Shown piece by piece: positions 17,262 through 27,263 of a stretch of DNA of 56,034 nucleotides (positions are counted from its first letter, which is position 1; each line of letters starts with the position of its first letter). The notes under the pieces were generated by a model. It was given only the letters and a program-made list of their open reading frames with translations. It ran no database searches and was not told where the DNA came from. The position numbers and the translations under genes were made by a program. This DNA comes from a virus (lineage: Duplodnaviria > Caudoviricetes), in the IMG/VR virus record IMGVR_UViG_3300038379_000522, positions 1 to 56,034 of that record, one strand, 5' to 3'.

Positions 17262-17358
17262 GGATAGCACACCGATCATAGTTGGTAAGCAGAGAGTTTC
17301 CGTGCCCCAGTGTTGGTGGTGCGGCTTGCCTCTGACTCAATCGATGTGCTATCCTTTT
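17262..17358 (+). ncRNA. Candidate long irregular hairpin RNA or terminator
   Basis: Stem 17262-17276/17340-17354 (14/15), nested inner stems, followed by TTTT. Confidence 0.4.
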
Positions 17359-17447
17359 AGACTAGTAAATGCACAAATGGCCAAAAATGAAACTGTTTAC
17401 GTAACTGGTTAGACTATTGGAACAAAGCCTTTCTAAGGAGTAGACAA

Positions 17448-17825
17448 ATGGCTAGATGTGTTCGATGTGGCGAGTATGCAGAAACTGGTCACAAATGCAA
17501 ACAAACGGCCACGGTGCCGGACACTGTGATTGCGGAAAAACCTGTATCTTGTGGTGTCCACATGACCAGAGAGATGATTATGACTTGCCTTGACGCGATT
17601 AGGGATAAATATGGGGCTGGATATGCAGAGGGTATTGTTGGGCAAACTCAAGCTTCATTGTCCGCTGGTCTTAGCTTGATTTCAGCAATAGAGAACCGCC
17701 GTAAAGAGTCCAAGGGGGTTTGGGCTTTGATGCTAGGGGTGTTCGTCACAACCCTTTTGGTTTTTGCGGACATCAAAGCCCAAGCAACTTACGCGGCCGG
17801 CTTAATAACCGCCTTGTTCATATAG
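17448..17825 (+). CDS. Hypothetical protein, N-terminal CxxC, C-terminal hydrophobic segment
   Basis: AAGGAG RBS; last + strand gene before convergence. Confidence 0.6.
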   Translation: MARCVRCGEYAETGHKCKQTATVPDTVIAEKPVSCGVHMTREMIMTCLDAIRDKYGAGYAEGIVGQTQASLSAGLSLISAIENRRKESKGVWALMLGVFVTTLLVFADIKAQATYAAGLITALFI

Positions 17826-18133
17826 GCCAAAAACGCAGCCTTAAGACCATCAGACATTATTTCGAGCGCATCAGCATCAAAGAATGCAGCCTTCTTGAGC
17901 AGAGCTGTCTCTTCATCACCAATAGAGGCATCAAACACTTGCGTCAAGAAATCATCTTTCTGGTCAGCTGGAAGGTCCAAATAGAAACTGGCTACCGTGG
18001 TCATTCGCATAAGTTCACCCAACAAAACCATGATAGTTTGGGGGTTGGTGATCCCAAAATCTTTGACGGAAGCAATAATCTTACCAGCTGAAACAACGAC
18101 GGCCTCTGATTCCTTCTCGTACGCCATTTGCAA
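17789..18133 (-). CDS. Hypothetical protein, last gene of the late unit
   Basis: AGGAG RBS; 114 aa. Confidence 0.65.
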   Translation of the reverse strand: MQMAYEKESEAVVVSAGKIIASVKDFGITNPQTIMVLLGELMRMTTVASFYLDLPADQKDDFLTQVFDASIGDEETALLKKAAFFDADALEIMSDGLKAAFLAYMNKAVIKPAA

Positions 18134-18143
18134 CTACTCCTTT

Positions 18144-18689
18144 TTAGACTATCGTTCTTTTCATCCACCCTCGCAAGAATCGTTCTTGCGACGGCCTACC
18201 AAGACAAACTTTTATATAATGCGCAGACTGTAGCGCATTCATAACAAATATGACTTCTTTAATGTCTGCTTTTCTTAGCACATTAAGTGTGGCAGGACCA
18301 ATATTCCCATCTTCAAGAATGTCTGGCCAACTGGATTGATTCCTATTTAAAAGATTTAAAGCCATTTGCATATGAAATGCTACTTTGCTAGCACCAAGAT
18401 TAATTGCCTGATCAAAACACTCATCTGCAAGCTCTTGATCCAACGCATCACCAGCAAACACATCCCAGAAATTAGCCTCATAGAAAGCATCTACAACGGG
18501 ATATAAATCGTCAGATAATGGGTGCTTGCCGGCTGTCTTATTTGCATCTACAATTTTCCAACCGGGCCACTTTGGCCAATAAACCCTAGAAATGCCACAT
18601 ACAGTCTCACCACCAGGATCTTTTGGATCGTTGGAATATTTACCTTCTACTGGTAAAATTTTATCTAACGTTTTTCTAATACTAGCCAT
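18144..18689 (-). CDS. Endolysin, glycosyl hydrolase family 108 with PG-binding domain
   Basis: EGKYSNDPKDPGGETVCGI, DGNIGPATL, FLRGWMKR. Confidence 0.92.
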   Translation of the reverse strand: MASIRKTLDKILPVEGKYSNDPKDPGGETVCGISRVYWPKWPGWKIVDANKTAGKHPLSDDLYPVVDAFYEANFWDVFAGDALDQELADECFDQAINLGASKVAFHMQMALNLLNRNQSSWPDILEDGNIGPATLNVLRKADIKEVIFVMNALQSAHYIKVCLGRPSQERFLRGWMKRTIV

Positions 18690-19005
18690 TGAGCACCTTT
18701 TTGGCTTTTGGAATTACTATCAATGCAAAGGACAATACAGCAATCATTTCTGCAATTTGACAGGGCCAAAATGTCCATCGTGTCAGGTTAGGGATGTCAA
18801 TACCTAACCATGCTATAAATAGGACATTAACAGCCCCAAACCAAAAATGTGAAAGACCATAAGTTATTAAAACAAAAACCACCCACTTTGTTAAACTACC
18901 TCCATTTCGTGCCTCCCAAACCTTATGGGCCGTCGTCCAAGCAACAATAGCAGTAAGTGCATCAACAAATGCTAAAAATATCTCCCATGGCTGAACAGGA
19001 CTCAT
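18682..19005 (-). CDS. Membrane protein, putative holin
   Basis: Three hydrophobic helices; adjacent to the endolysin. Confidence 0.6.
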   Translation of the reverse strand: MSPVQPWEIFLAFVDALTAIVAWTTAHKVWEARNGGSLTKWVVFVLITYGLSHFWFGAVNVLFIAWLGIDIPNLTRWTFWPCQIAEMIAVLSFALIVIPKAKKVLNG

Positions 19006-19332
19006 CTAAGGTCTCCGTCTTAATTCATCTATTCCATCCCCAATTCGACGCAACGTATTAGCTGTTTCTATCAGCACTTCATTAAACCTCTCCATCTGCT
19101 CTGATCTACGCTCTTCACGCAATCGAAGTGCCTCTTCAAACCTCTCAGACATTCGTTCCATTGCCTTCGAAAATTCGTCTACCTGACGTTCCATCGCCCG
19201 ATGAGCGCTAACATTTGTATCTTCTAAAATCTTGAATGTACGATTCTGAACTTGAAGATATACTCTCCACAATGCAATGATCCCAAATACAACGATCGAG
19301 AAAATACCCAATCGACTTATAAGCTCATCCAT
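19006..19332 (-). CDS. Single-TM coiled-coil protein of the lysis module
   Basis: N-terminal TM followed by a charged coiled coil. Confidence 0.6.
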   Translation of the reverse strand: MDELISRLGIFSIVVFGIIALWRVYLQVQNRTFKILEDTNVSAHRAMERQVDEFSKAMERMSERFEEALRLREERRSEQMERFNEVLIETANTLRRIGDGIDELRRRP

Positions 19333-19334
19333 AC

Positions 19335-19721
19335 TTAAATAGAGAACTTGTCACCAGGACCAACTTTTTTGGCCAAGGGACCTGTAATAGTGCGCCCAAG
19401 CGGGATCTTAATAGACTGATGCAATATGGTAGATCCTCCAGCCATAATGACACCATCATTAATGGCAGGAATTATAGAACCCACTGGATCACCATTTATA
19501 CTGATATGTTTATAATAAGATACAGCTGATGAAATAAGAATATTTAAGTATGGGATAGCATTATTGCCTATATCCGTTTTACTTAGCACTCTACGATGTT
19601 TAACCACAGCAGCACCGACCGTAGCCGGGATAGATTCAGGTACGCACATTGCTATTACTGTGGGGGTCGTTGTAGCCACAATGCCTTTACCAATTTTGTA
19701 TAGACCATTAAATATACTCAT
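19335..19721 (-). CDS. Hypothetical protein (lysis region)
   Basis: 128 aa, AGGAG RBS. Confidence 0.65.
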   Translation of the reverse strand: MSIFNGLYKIGKGIVATTTPTVIAMCVPESIPATVGAAVVKHRRVLSKTDIGNNAIPYLNILISSAVSYYKHISINGDPVGSIIPAINDGVIMAGGSTILHQSIKIPLGRTITGPLAKKVGPGDKFSI

Positions 19722-19742
19722 ATTCTAATCAATGCTCCTTTT

Positions 19743-20651
19743 TTAAACCAACACCGCTAACCAAAACGCCAATGTCGTAGCACTTTCAACGGTGTAGACT
19801 TCGGCGGAACCAACATTAAGAGACGGCTGTGTAGCTAGAACTGCTTGCGTACCCACTTGAAGGTCGTCCGCAACAGACTGAGCTCGTAAAACCATGGGCG
19901 TAATTGCCTGATTACCGAGTAATACCCAAAGATCGTCGCCCTCGCTTAATGACTGGCCAGCATTCACCGAAATCATAACACTCTTTAAACCAATTCCGTT
20001 CACTACACCTGTAAGGCTAGTGTAACCAACAACAGTAAGAGTGGGGTTCCCGCCCAAGTTGATGGGTCCTTTTGCTAGAGCAGCCTCCGCCCAAGTGATC
20101 GCTGCAGCAGCGGTAGTTACGCGGAAACGGAGCTGGGCAGCGGTCAGTGCCCTCGGAACCTTGCCCACGTAGCAGGCATAAGTGTTTGTGCTAACGGTGG
20201 CTTTTGTACTCGTTAAGTTAGCCGTGGCAAAGTGCGGCACCATCAATACGGAACTATTATTCCCAACACTCACCGTGTTGAGCTTAGGTCGGCCTAATGC
20301 ATCATAGACCATAAACCCAACACTATCTAGATAGAACAAAACCTCTCCTGGAAGAAGGGTTACAGCAGAGGAAAGATGGTATTCTGTTCCCGCAACATCC
20401 TTCTTCAAGGTGAGTGTTTGATTATTGGTAGCGCTTCGATTCCGAAATGACAACTGCTTCACTTGACGTTGCGTCGAAGAAGCTGGAGCACTGACAATTG
20501 TAGTAGTGGTGGCAATAGCAATGTTCCCAGCACCAGAGCCTGGAGTTAACGTAGTCGATGTAATATCTACATACGAAACTACCCAATCTACCGACACAGC
20601 ATCTGCAGTTAGTAGTTCTAAACTCTCATTTGTAGCTACAAGAAAAATCAT
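19743..20651 (-). CDS. Putative tail fibre / virion accessory protein
   Basis: Thr/Ala/Val-rich beta protein at the end of the tail module. Confidence 0.6.
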   Translation of the reverse strand: MIFLVATNESLELLTADAVSVDWVVSYVDITSTTLTPGSGAGNIAIATTTTIVSAPASSTQRQVKQLSFRNRSATNNQTLTLKKDVAGTEYHLSSAVTLLPGEVLFYLDSVGFMVYDALGRPKLNTVSVGNNSSVLMVPHFATANLTSTKATVSTNTYACYVGKVPRALTAAQLRFRVTTAAAAITWAEAALAKGPINLGGNPTLTVVGYTSLTGVVNGIGLKSVMISVNAGQSLSEGDDLWVLLGNQAITPMVLRAQSVADDLQVGTQAVLATQPSLNVGSAEVYTVESATTLAFWLAVLV

Positions 20652-20875
20652 ATACGTAACGTTGCTACAATAAGAGCTTGCGCTTGGTTTTGGGCTGTTG
20701 GGCTTGGAGAAACAAACGTCCCATCAGCACGCAAAAACACATTCGTACCTCCGCCCGAGGCAGGTACCAACCCATTAGTACTGGATGTAAACGTTGGAAT
20801 GGTGTCTAACATAGCAAGCAATCCCAAGTCATCCTTATTTGCTTTTAGGTCTAATTGGTCTTGTAAATAGCTCAT
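20648..20875 (-). CDS. Small tail-fibre-associated protein
   Basis: GLVPASGGGTNVFLRADGTF fibre motif. Confidence 0.65.
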   Translation of the reverse strand: MSYLQDQLDLKANKDDLGLLAMLDTIPTFTSSTNGLVPASGGGTNVFLRADGTFVSPSPTAQNQAQALIVATLRI

Positions 20876-23742
20876 GATAAAAATACCCCATAACCCGTTT
20901 CATTAACAGGACCTGTTATAGAAAAAAATTGATCCGACGTTGGGGCAACAGTAAACCGCAATTCTACTTCTTCCAAAGCCACTATGGCCAACACACCCGT
21001 AGTGTTTCCAGCGGATACTACGGTAACAAATGCAGCTCCATCAACACTAGCCTCAAGTATCCCACTAGAAGGAAGAGCCGTAAAGATGTTAAATGTATAA
21101 TTTCCAGTCTCACCAAAAACAACAACTGCTGAAATCGTAGAAACAACAAAAGCACCAAATATTAATTCAGATCCTTGTAATATACTCGTTACTAGAAAAT
21201 CAAACTCCATGTCTTCAAGATTAGTATACTCTGTTGATCCTTCAATGGGAGTGTGCTTAGCCGTAACCACCAATCTACCTGTGGAAGGTATCTGAGTATT
21301 AGCCCCAACTGCCTCAATAATAGAATTACGAAGTATGTACGCTACAGGAGTTTCAGTGCCACTGATCACCGTAGCAGGAACAAGAATAGGCGTACCCACA
21401 GGATCAAGAATCAATTGGAATGTGAAGTTAGGTTGATCAGCAAGAAACACAGGTACACTTAGATCAAGCTGATGATCTCGCGTTACATCATCAATGCGCC
21501 ACCCTCTCGGTGTAACCGCAGATTTCAAGGCTTTTGCATTCTCCCCAGTAAAACCAGTTTCTGCCGTGTAAGTAATATCTAACGTGGCAGAAGCCGGAGC
21601 ATAAGAAGAATGCAACACAGGATCTTTAACTGTTAAAGGCATCCTCCATCGTCTGTCTAGTGTAAATTCTCTTACCGGAGTATCTCCCTCAAGTATTTCA
21701 TCACCAAGAGCAAATGAGCGTAGTTGAAGGTCCATCTCATCATCGGAATCTGCTAACACTCTCTCTGTAATGTTACCAGCCAAAAACCAAATATCTACGC
21801 CCGAAGCGTGTTCTCTCTGGGCAGAGTTAAATAGACCTCTATACAACCGCTGCAATTCAAATACCCCACCACCAACATCTTCCATTACCTCATAACCTAT
21901 GAACTCGCCATCAACATAGATAATTTGCTTAAGAGTACTAACTGAGGCCGGCCCACCTACTACCTCGAGCGAACTCAAATCATCAGGGTCAACATTATTA
22001 ACTTTTATTACATGCGACGTAACAGGTAAAGTAGCACTGGTAGCAAAATCTGGAATTACAGCCGCAGTGGTACCACGCAAAATAAATCTAGTAATTCTAT
22101 CATCAGCTTCATACGGCGCGCTAATTGGGCGAGTGGGGCCAAATTTTGAATACATTTGAAAACCAGATGTACCTTCCCCGGGGTTCCTGGCCCCAGCCCA
22201 AACACGGGGGTTGGCGTCCGGCAGTATAGGACCGGCTACAACCAACTGACGTGGTGCCTCGAAGGCCAAGGTATCGGCATCTACAACAGGCAAAGCTCCT
22301 TTTATTGGATCTGTCCACCCCGTACCCACAGGCTCACCGAACACACCAAACCCTGTAGAAAATATGTCCTGTACTGCAAATATATCAATCTCACCACTTG
22401 TTAGTGTGCCATAATTAATACGAGACAACCTAAACACTACTTCAGATATACCTAACCTGATATTACTAAAACGAAACACGGAACCCGGCACTAATGAAAA
22501 GCCACTTCTATTTACTCGCAAGCTTACTTTGGCCAACGGATAAGATAACGTGCTAAGTTCACGCCAAGCTATATTATTAGCTAAAGTTCTATTTTTAACA
22601 CCTGGAAAAGTCATTTCACTTGCGACATTACCGCCCTGGATTTCAGCATTAGCTGAATCTTGCGCTAAAGCAAATGTCGCTTTAAAATTATCAGCAGAAT
22701 CATTAAAAGCAACACGTATTTGGTTAGATGTCTCTTCCCAAGTGGTGCGTGAATATTCCAGCACTTTCAGTATGTTATCTTCATCAAACAAAGGTATTAG
22801 TTCAGGTACGTAATCATCTCTAATCAGGAGCATGCGCCACAAGCCTAAGGCCCTATCGAAATACAAGCTACCATCAATCTGACGTTGGATCTCTGATAGC
22901 ATCTTATCAGCTTCAATAGCATTATCCAACACCATGGAGAAACCATTACCCTCCATGGCCAATATCGATGCTGCTTCTCTAAAATTGGCTAAATCAATGA
23001 GACTGGATGATATTTTAAGGCCCCATAAAACATCTGTCATAATTTCATAGATTGCATTCATGGGATTACAATCTTGACCATTCACTATTTCAGATCCAGG
23101 ATATTCAACCGCAAGGTTTAAGCCATCTGGTATGCGAGTAACTTCAAATGACCAAGGTGATACACTTGGTGAATTGCCTATAGTACCATCAAAAGTTACA
23201 TAGGCCGTACCACGATAAGCCGGCAAGGGATCTTGAAAACTGGCCAGGAGTGAATCTGCAGCTTCGGTTAAAGAACCAGCATGAAATGTACCGTTGCCTT
23301 GTATACGCCCATTCCCACCAACATCATCACCACCAAGATCTTGGAACACGGAGTATGTCACAGTACCACCAGATACTGTGGATCCAGATAGAACTTCATC
23401 AATATAAATTTTATCTAGCCTATCTACCGGGCCTCTGCACAAAGCCATCTGCATTGTGACAAAGTATCTGAACCCTACGGTTACATCCTCAGATGAAAAT
23501 AGGCCAGTCTGTACTTCTTCCTCTATGGCTTCGTATCTTATGTTTCCATACCAAACAACATTTGGAGAATTAAGACGTACCCTGCCCCACACAATAGGGA
23601 CTGTACGACCTTCTGTGGCTGTTGGAAAATTAAAATCACCTAAACTAGCCGGCCTCGCATCTTCTAAACGAGGTTTTGGCATTAGGAGATCGGCCGCTAC
23701 ATAAACAACCGTCCACAACAAAAATGTAAGAAACCATGCCAT
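20872..23742 (-). CDS. Tail tip / central tail fibre protein
   Basis: FPTATEGRTVPIVWG, PAYRG, CNPMNAIYE, RGLFNS motifs of GTA/YuA-like tail tip proteins. Confidence 0.85.
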   Translation of the reverse strand: MAWFLTFLLWTVVYVAADLLMPKPRLEDARPASLGDFNFPTATEGRTVPIVWGRVRLNSPNVVWYGNIRYEAIEEEVQTGLFSSEDVTVGFRYFVTMQMALCRGPVDRLDKIYIDEVLSGSTVSGGTVTYSVFQDLGGDDVGGNGRIQGNGTFHAGSLTEAADSLLASFQDPLPAYRGTAYVTFDGTIGNSPSVSPWSFEVTRIPDGLNLAVEYPGSEIVNGQDCNPMNAIYEIMTDVLWGLKISSSLIDLANFREAASILAMEGNGFSMVLDNAIEADKMLSEIQRQIDGSLYFDRALGLWRMLLIRDDYVPELIPLFDEDNILKVLEYSRTTWEETSNQIRVAFNDSADNFKATFALAQDSANAEIQGGNVASEMTFPGVKNRTLANNIAWRELSTLSYPLAKVSLRVNRSGFSLVPGSVFRFSNIRLGISEVVFRLSRINYGTLTSGEIDIFAVQDIFSTGFGVFGEPVGTGWTDPIKGALPVVDADTLAFEAPRQLVVAGPILPDANPRVWAGARNPGEGTSGFQMYSKFGPTRPISAPYEADDRITRFILRGTTAAVIPDFATSATLPVTSHVIKVNNVDPDDLSSLEVVGGPASVSTLKQIIYVDGEFIGYEVMEDVGGGVFELQRLYRGLFNSAQREHASGVDIWFLAGNITERVLADSDDEMDLQLRSFALGDEILEGDTPVREFTLDRRWRMPLTVKDPVLHSSYAPASATLDITYTAETGFTGENAKALKSAVTPRGWRIDDVTRDHQLDLSVPVFLADQPNFTFQLILDPVGTPILVPATVISGTETPVAYILRNSIIEAVGANTQIPSTGRLVVTAKHTPIEGSTEYTNLEDMEFDFLVTSILQGSELIFGAFVVSTISAVVVFGETGNYTFNIFTALPSSGILEASVDGAAFVTVVSAGNTTGVLAIVALEEVELRFTVAPTSDQFFSITGPVNETGYGVFLS

Positions 23743-24555
23743 CTAGCGACGTACTCCAACCTGAAACGGGTTTTTAGATGGAACGTAAGGAAAACCACCA
23801 TAATTCACAATATTATCAAACTTGGCCACACACTCGGCTACAGTGTGGTCGCAACCGGCAATAACATGGACTGTTTGCCCAAATACACTCTGCTCAAAGG
23901 GCAACGGTAAGGATAAAATATCACCACTCTGGGACAACACCAGCCTAAAATCGGTTCCATCCGGTCTTGCAATGTATCCACCTGGTGCAAAATCTGCCCC
24001 TACCGTTGCCGATAGTCCATTAACAGTAACTGTATTACCAGCTTCACCAATAACACTACCTATGTAAGTAAAATCTATCTTTGCAACTTGGCACCCACCA
24101 TCATACAACACATGATTACAAAGACTTTGGAACTTATAACGAGGAATAGTCCTAGAGAATGCGGCCTCACTAGTCACTGAACGTAACATACATTGCGCAC
24201 CATCCATCTGGAAAGATGCTCCGATTACGCGACCTTCCCAAATGATAATGGCTTCAGCATCCCCTCGATGAAAACTTATGATCTGCAATAAAATAGGGAC
24301 ACCCGGCACAATACCAATAAATTTACGGGCTACGGCATCTTCTGTGGGCAATGTAATTTGTATCTCTGCCCTTCTCTCATCAGATGATAAAGTAGGATCT
24401 GTGCGTGCAATTTGTTTTGGCAAATAAGCTAACGAAGAGAATATTACAGTGTCTTCAGACGATGTATACCTAAAAATTTCATCACCAATGGTGAAGGTAT
24501 ACAACTCTACCGGTCTGCCTTCTTCTACTGAAGTTTCGAGAACTTCATAACTCAT
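23743..24555 (-). CDS. DUF2163 / BR0599-like baseplate hub protein
   Basis: GRPVELY, CNHVLYDGGC, AGCDHTVAECVAKFDNIVNYGGFPYVP. Confidence 0.88.
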   Translation of the reverse strand: MSYEVLETSVEEGRPVELYTFTIGDEIFRYTSSEDTVIFSSLAYLPKQIARTDPTLSSDERRAEIQITLPTEDAVARKFIGIVPGVPILLQIISFHRGDAEAIIIWEGRVIGASFQMDGAQCMLRSVTSEAAFSRTIPRYKFQSLCNHVLYDGGCQVAKIDFTYIGSVIGEAGNTVTVNGLSATVGADFAPGGYIARPDGTDFRLVLSQSGDILSLPLPFEQSVFGQTVHVIAGCDHTVAECVAKFDNIVNYGGFPYVPSKNPFQVGVRR

Positions 24556-26267
24556 TGCTGCACCCCAAGCACTCCAACAAAGATTCTGGCCGTGCCCACA
24601 TGAATGTGCTCAAACTCCATCTTATCTTCTACAATACGACAAAGCCTTAAATAACTAATCTTAGCAATATCAGCCACTTGAATTGTTTTAGCCCACATGA
24701 CATCTACTGTTAAACGCTCTATGGTAGATGAAAATTCCGTAGCCGATATTACTTTTCTAGTAAGGATTGTTCCATCCACAAGCTCTATACGAATGGATTG
24801 TAGAGGATTTTGCGCATTTACAAAATCAGAATATCCAACATGCTCTACATCTAAAATAAAAGAACTTTGCACCAATGGATTCACGGGAATTAAATCATAG
24901 CCAAAAGTTGACAAATAAAAAGATACTTGACTACCACGAAGTGCGTGGAAAAGTTGTCTAACTTCCCATACTCTGCGTGCATCATGTGCCAGGAAACCTT
25001 TTCTTGTGACCACATTAGGGACGACCCAATCAGAGAATTGAATAACAGACCCTGATAAATTATCTTGACGCTCTCTCTTTTTTAAGTAACCATCAACAAT
25101 GGTATCACCTTCCATGAGGTTAGGTTCCTCTAGCATTACCTTATTATCATGAATATCAAACGCTGCCGTAGAACCTATATCTGCCTCATTATCGACAACT
25201 AAAAAGTCAAGTGACCAAATATCGAGTTCACGAATAGCTCTGGCCCTATCTGATCTGGTATCAGTGATCGCAACACGAACAGGCATCACAATAGCTCTTC
25301 CCGCCGTATAACTATTTACAAGTGGAGATGTAAATGTGATGCTTGTGGCATCAAAACTTTCTATCTCGAGAACATCAAAATACGTAGAATCTACCCACAC
25401 AATAGCTAAGCTAGCTACCCTAAAATCTGCATAATCTGTGGATACCGAAATAGTGTCTGCTCCAGCCGTTACATCTGCCGCTAAGTATCTACCCTCAAAC
25501 CACACAGGCACACCAAATGTTCCTGATTGAAAGCCAAACAACAAATTTGCAAGTCTACGTCTCTCTGGGCCTTCCTCAACCTTCACATCAAATCTAAACG
25601 ATTGCCTAGGGTGTTTCCTAATACTGCGCCTCTGCTCTTTCCCATTAACAGATACTAGAATGTCCGTTTTATGTTCTAGCATCTCCCTGATCCTATCTTC
25701 AGGGATATACGGGAAAATAACAATACGGGTACCTGTGATAGGCACACTTATATCTTCTATGTCAAGATCAAAGTCAAGTGTGCCATTAATGTCTGGTGGA
25801 CCTTGTGTAGAAATCTGCACAGCAATGATTAAACTGTGCTGTGAGGCTATCAAAAATGGCAAACTAGGCAAACCAATAAAATCAACTCCTACACCAGCAT
25901 TATTAATTGCATCTTCAAGTACACGGGATGACAGCCTGTATGCATTATAAATTTCAATAGTTTTAATGATAACAGATAAAATATTGCCAAGATCAAGTCT
26001 GATAGGTGATACATGGACTCTCTCAAACCAATAGAAACCCGGTGATGGATCTTTAGCACCTGCATAAGATGCTGGTGTTAAAAAAATAACAACCGATATG
26101 TAAGAACCAAAAATCTCTGTAGGCAAATCATATGGCGTATAAATATCAACAGGTAGTATTAATCCCGCCGCAAGATTAGCTGATTGGTCAGGCAATGTAA
26201 ATCTATCACCAGCATCACCACGCTGGGTAGTCAACATTAAATCAAAACTACCATCAAAATCAGCCAT
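24552..26267 (-). CDS. Distal tail / virion structural protein
   Basis: KTDIL...EQRRSIRKHPRQ, LRGSQVSFY; position in the tail module. Confidence 0.75.
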   Translation of the reverse strand: MADFDGSFDLMLTTQRGDAGDRFTLPDQSANLAAGLILPVDIYTPYDLPTEIFGSYISVVIFLTPASYAGAKDPSPGFYWFERVHVSPIRLDLGNILSVIIKTIEIYNAYRLSSRVLEDAINNAGVGVDFIGLPSLPFLIASQHSLIIAVQISTQGPPDINGTLDFDLDIEDISVPITGTRIVIFPYIPEDRIREMLEHKTDILVSVNGKEQRRSIRKHPRQSFRFDVKVEEGPERRRLANLLFGFQSGTFGVPVWFEGRYLAADVTAGADTISVSTDYADFRVASLAIVWVDSTYFDVLEIESFDATSITFTSPLVNSYTAGRAIVMPVRVAITDTRSDRARAIRELDIWSLDFLVVDNEADIGSTAAFDIHDNKVMLEEPNLMEGDTIVDGYLKKRERQDNLSGSVIQFSDWVVPNVVTRKGFLAHDARRVWEVRQLFHALRGSQVSFYLSTFGYDLIPVNPLVQSSFILDVEHVGYSDFVNAQNPLQSIRIELVDGTILTRKVISATEFSSTIERLTVDVMWAKTIQVADIAKISYLRLCRIVEDKMEFEHIHVGTARIFVGVLGVQQ

Positions 26268-27263
26268 CTACACTTGCTTTCTATACGCTACGCCTGCATT
26301 ACGGGTTTCTTCAGTATCATTCTGTAGAAATTGCTTCCTAACCCAAGGAAATACCTTCCAAGTCTCTGCACCAAGCGTTATCTCATCACCCGCATTAAGA
26401 TTTCTTATGTTAATCAAAGCAACATCCGGCATAACACCCAACCACTGCCAAGTGTCAGGTGCCGTGGACGTATCACGCCAAATTACCGGGATCTCAACCA
26501 GTGGTTTATACGCATTCAAAGTAGAATAAGGAAACCATAACATATAATAGCCCCAAAAACCACCCCTTGAGCCGCCCATAAGAGATCTACGCGTAACACC
26601 AGCTGTATCAGTTCCAGCTGTACCGCCAGTAAAGGATCCTGTGCAACCCCAGCGTTCAGTACCACCTTGGCCAGGCATCCCTTCTATATGCACTGTTCCA
26701 GCTATATCACTAGAACCACCTATGCAATCTAACAAAAATGCATGGGAAGCTCCACTCGGGTCATCAATCTGTGCTGCGTTTTGACTCCATACATGACCAT
26801 AGGCAAATTCACCACCAGTCCAATTGCCCATCTTTATAAGTGCACCAAAGCCGAAATGCCTGAACACTCCAGACGTAATTTCAACGACAGCATAAAAATA
26901 AAATGGATCTGTTTCTGCACTGAAAAAATAGTACTGTGTATATGGTCCTGGTGTTAAAAACGTAACCCGGCGCTCTGCATTAATAGGAGTAGTGGTATCA
27001 CCATTACCAGAATCATTGGGCTGTTGATGTGGCTGTAGACTTGTAGTCCACCCAAGAGATTGGTAAATAGCTAAATCTGTAGATGGTGAAGTATCCCATC
27101 TGAAACTAACATAAATGCTCGTAGCTCCTGACGTGTAATGTAAAGTTCCATAGTTATTTGTAAGATCTAATTCGTCTTGCGTCCAACCATTAGCTGTTGC
27201 AAATGTAAATAGTTTTGTTACTAGATCTTCAATGGATGATGGTACACCAGCTTCATACGCCAT
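26268..27263 (-). CDS. Virion structural (tail) protein
   Basis: FATANGWT, FRHFGFG, GETWKVFP-like C-terminus. Confidence 0.7.
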   Translation of the reverse strand: MAYEAGVPSSIEDLVTKLFTFATANGWTQDELDLTNNYGTLHYTSGATSIYVSFRWDTSPSTDLAIYQSLGWTTSLQPHQQPNDSGNGDTTTPINAERRVTFLTPGPYTQYYFFSAETDPFYFYAVVEITSGVFRHFGFGALIKMGNWTGGEFAYGHVWSQNAAQIDDPSGASHAFLLDCIGGSSDIAGTVHIEGMPGQGGTERWGCTGSFTGGTAGTDTAGVTRRSLMGGSRGGFWGYYMLWFPYSTLNAYKPLVEIPVIWRDTSTAPDTWQWLGVMPDVALINIRNLNAGDEITLGAETWKVFPWVRKQFLQNDTEETRNAGVAYRKQV

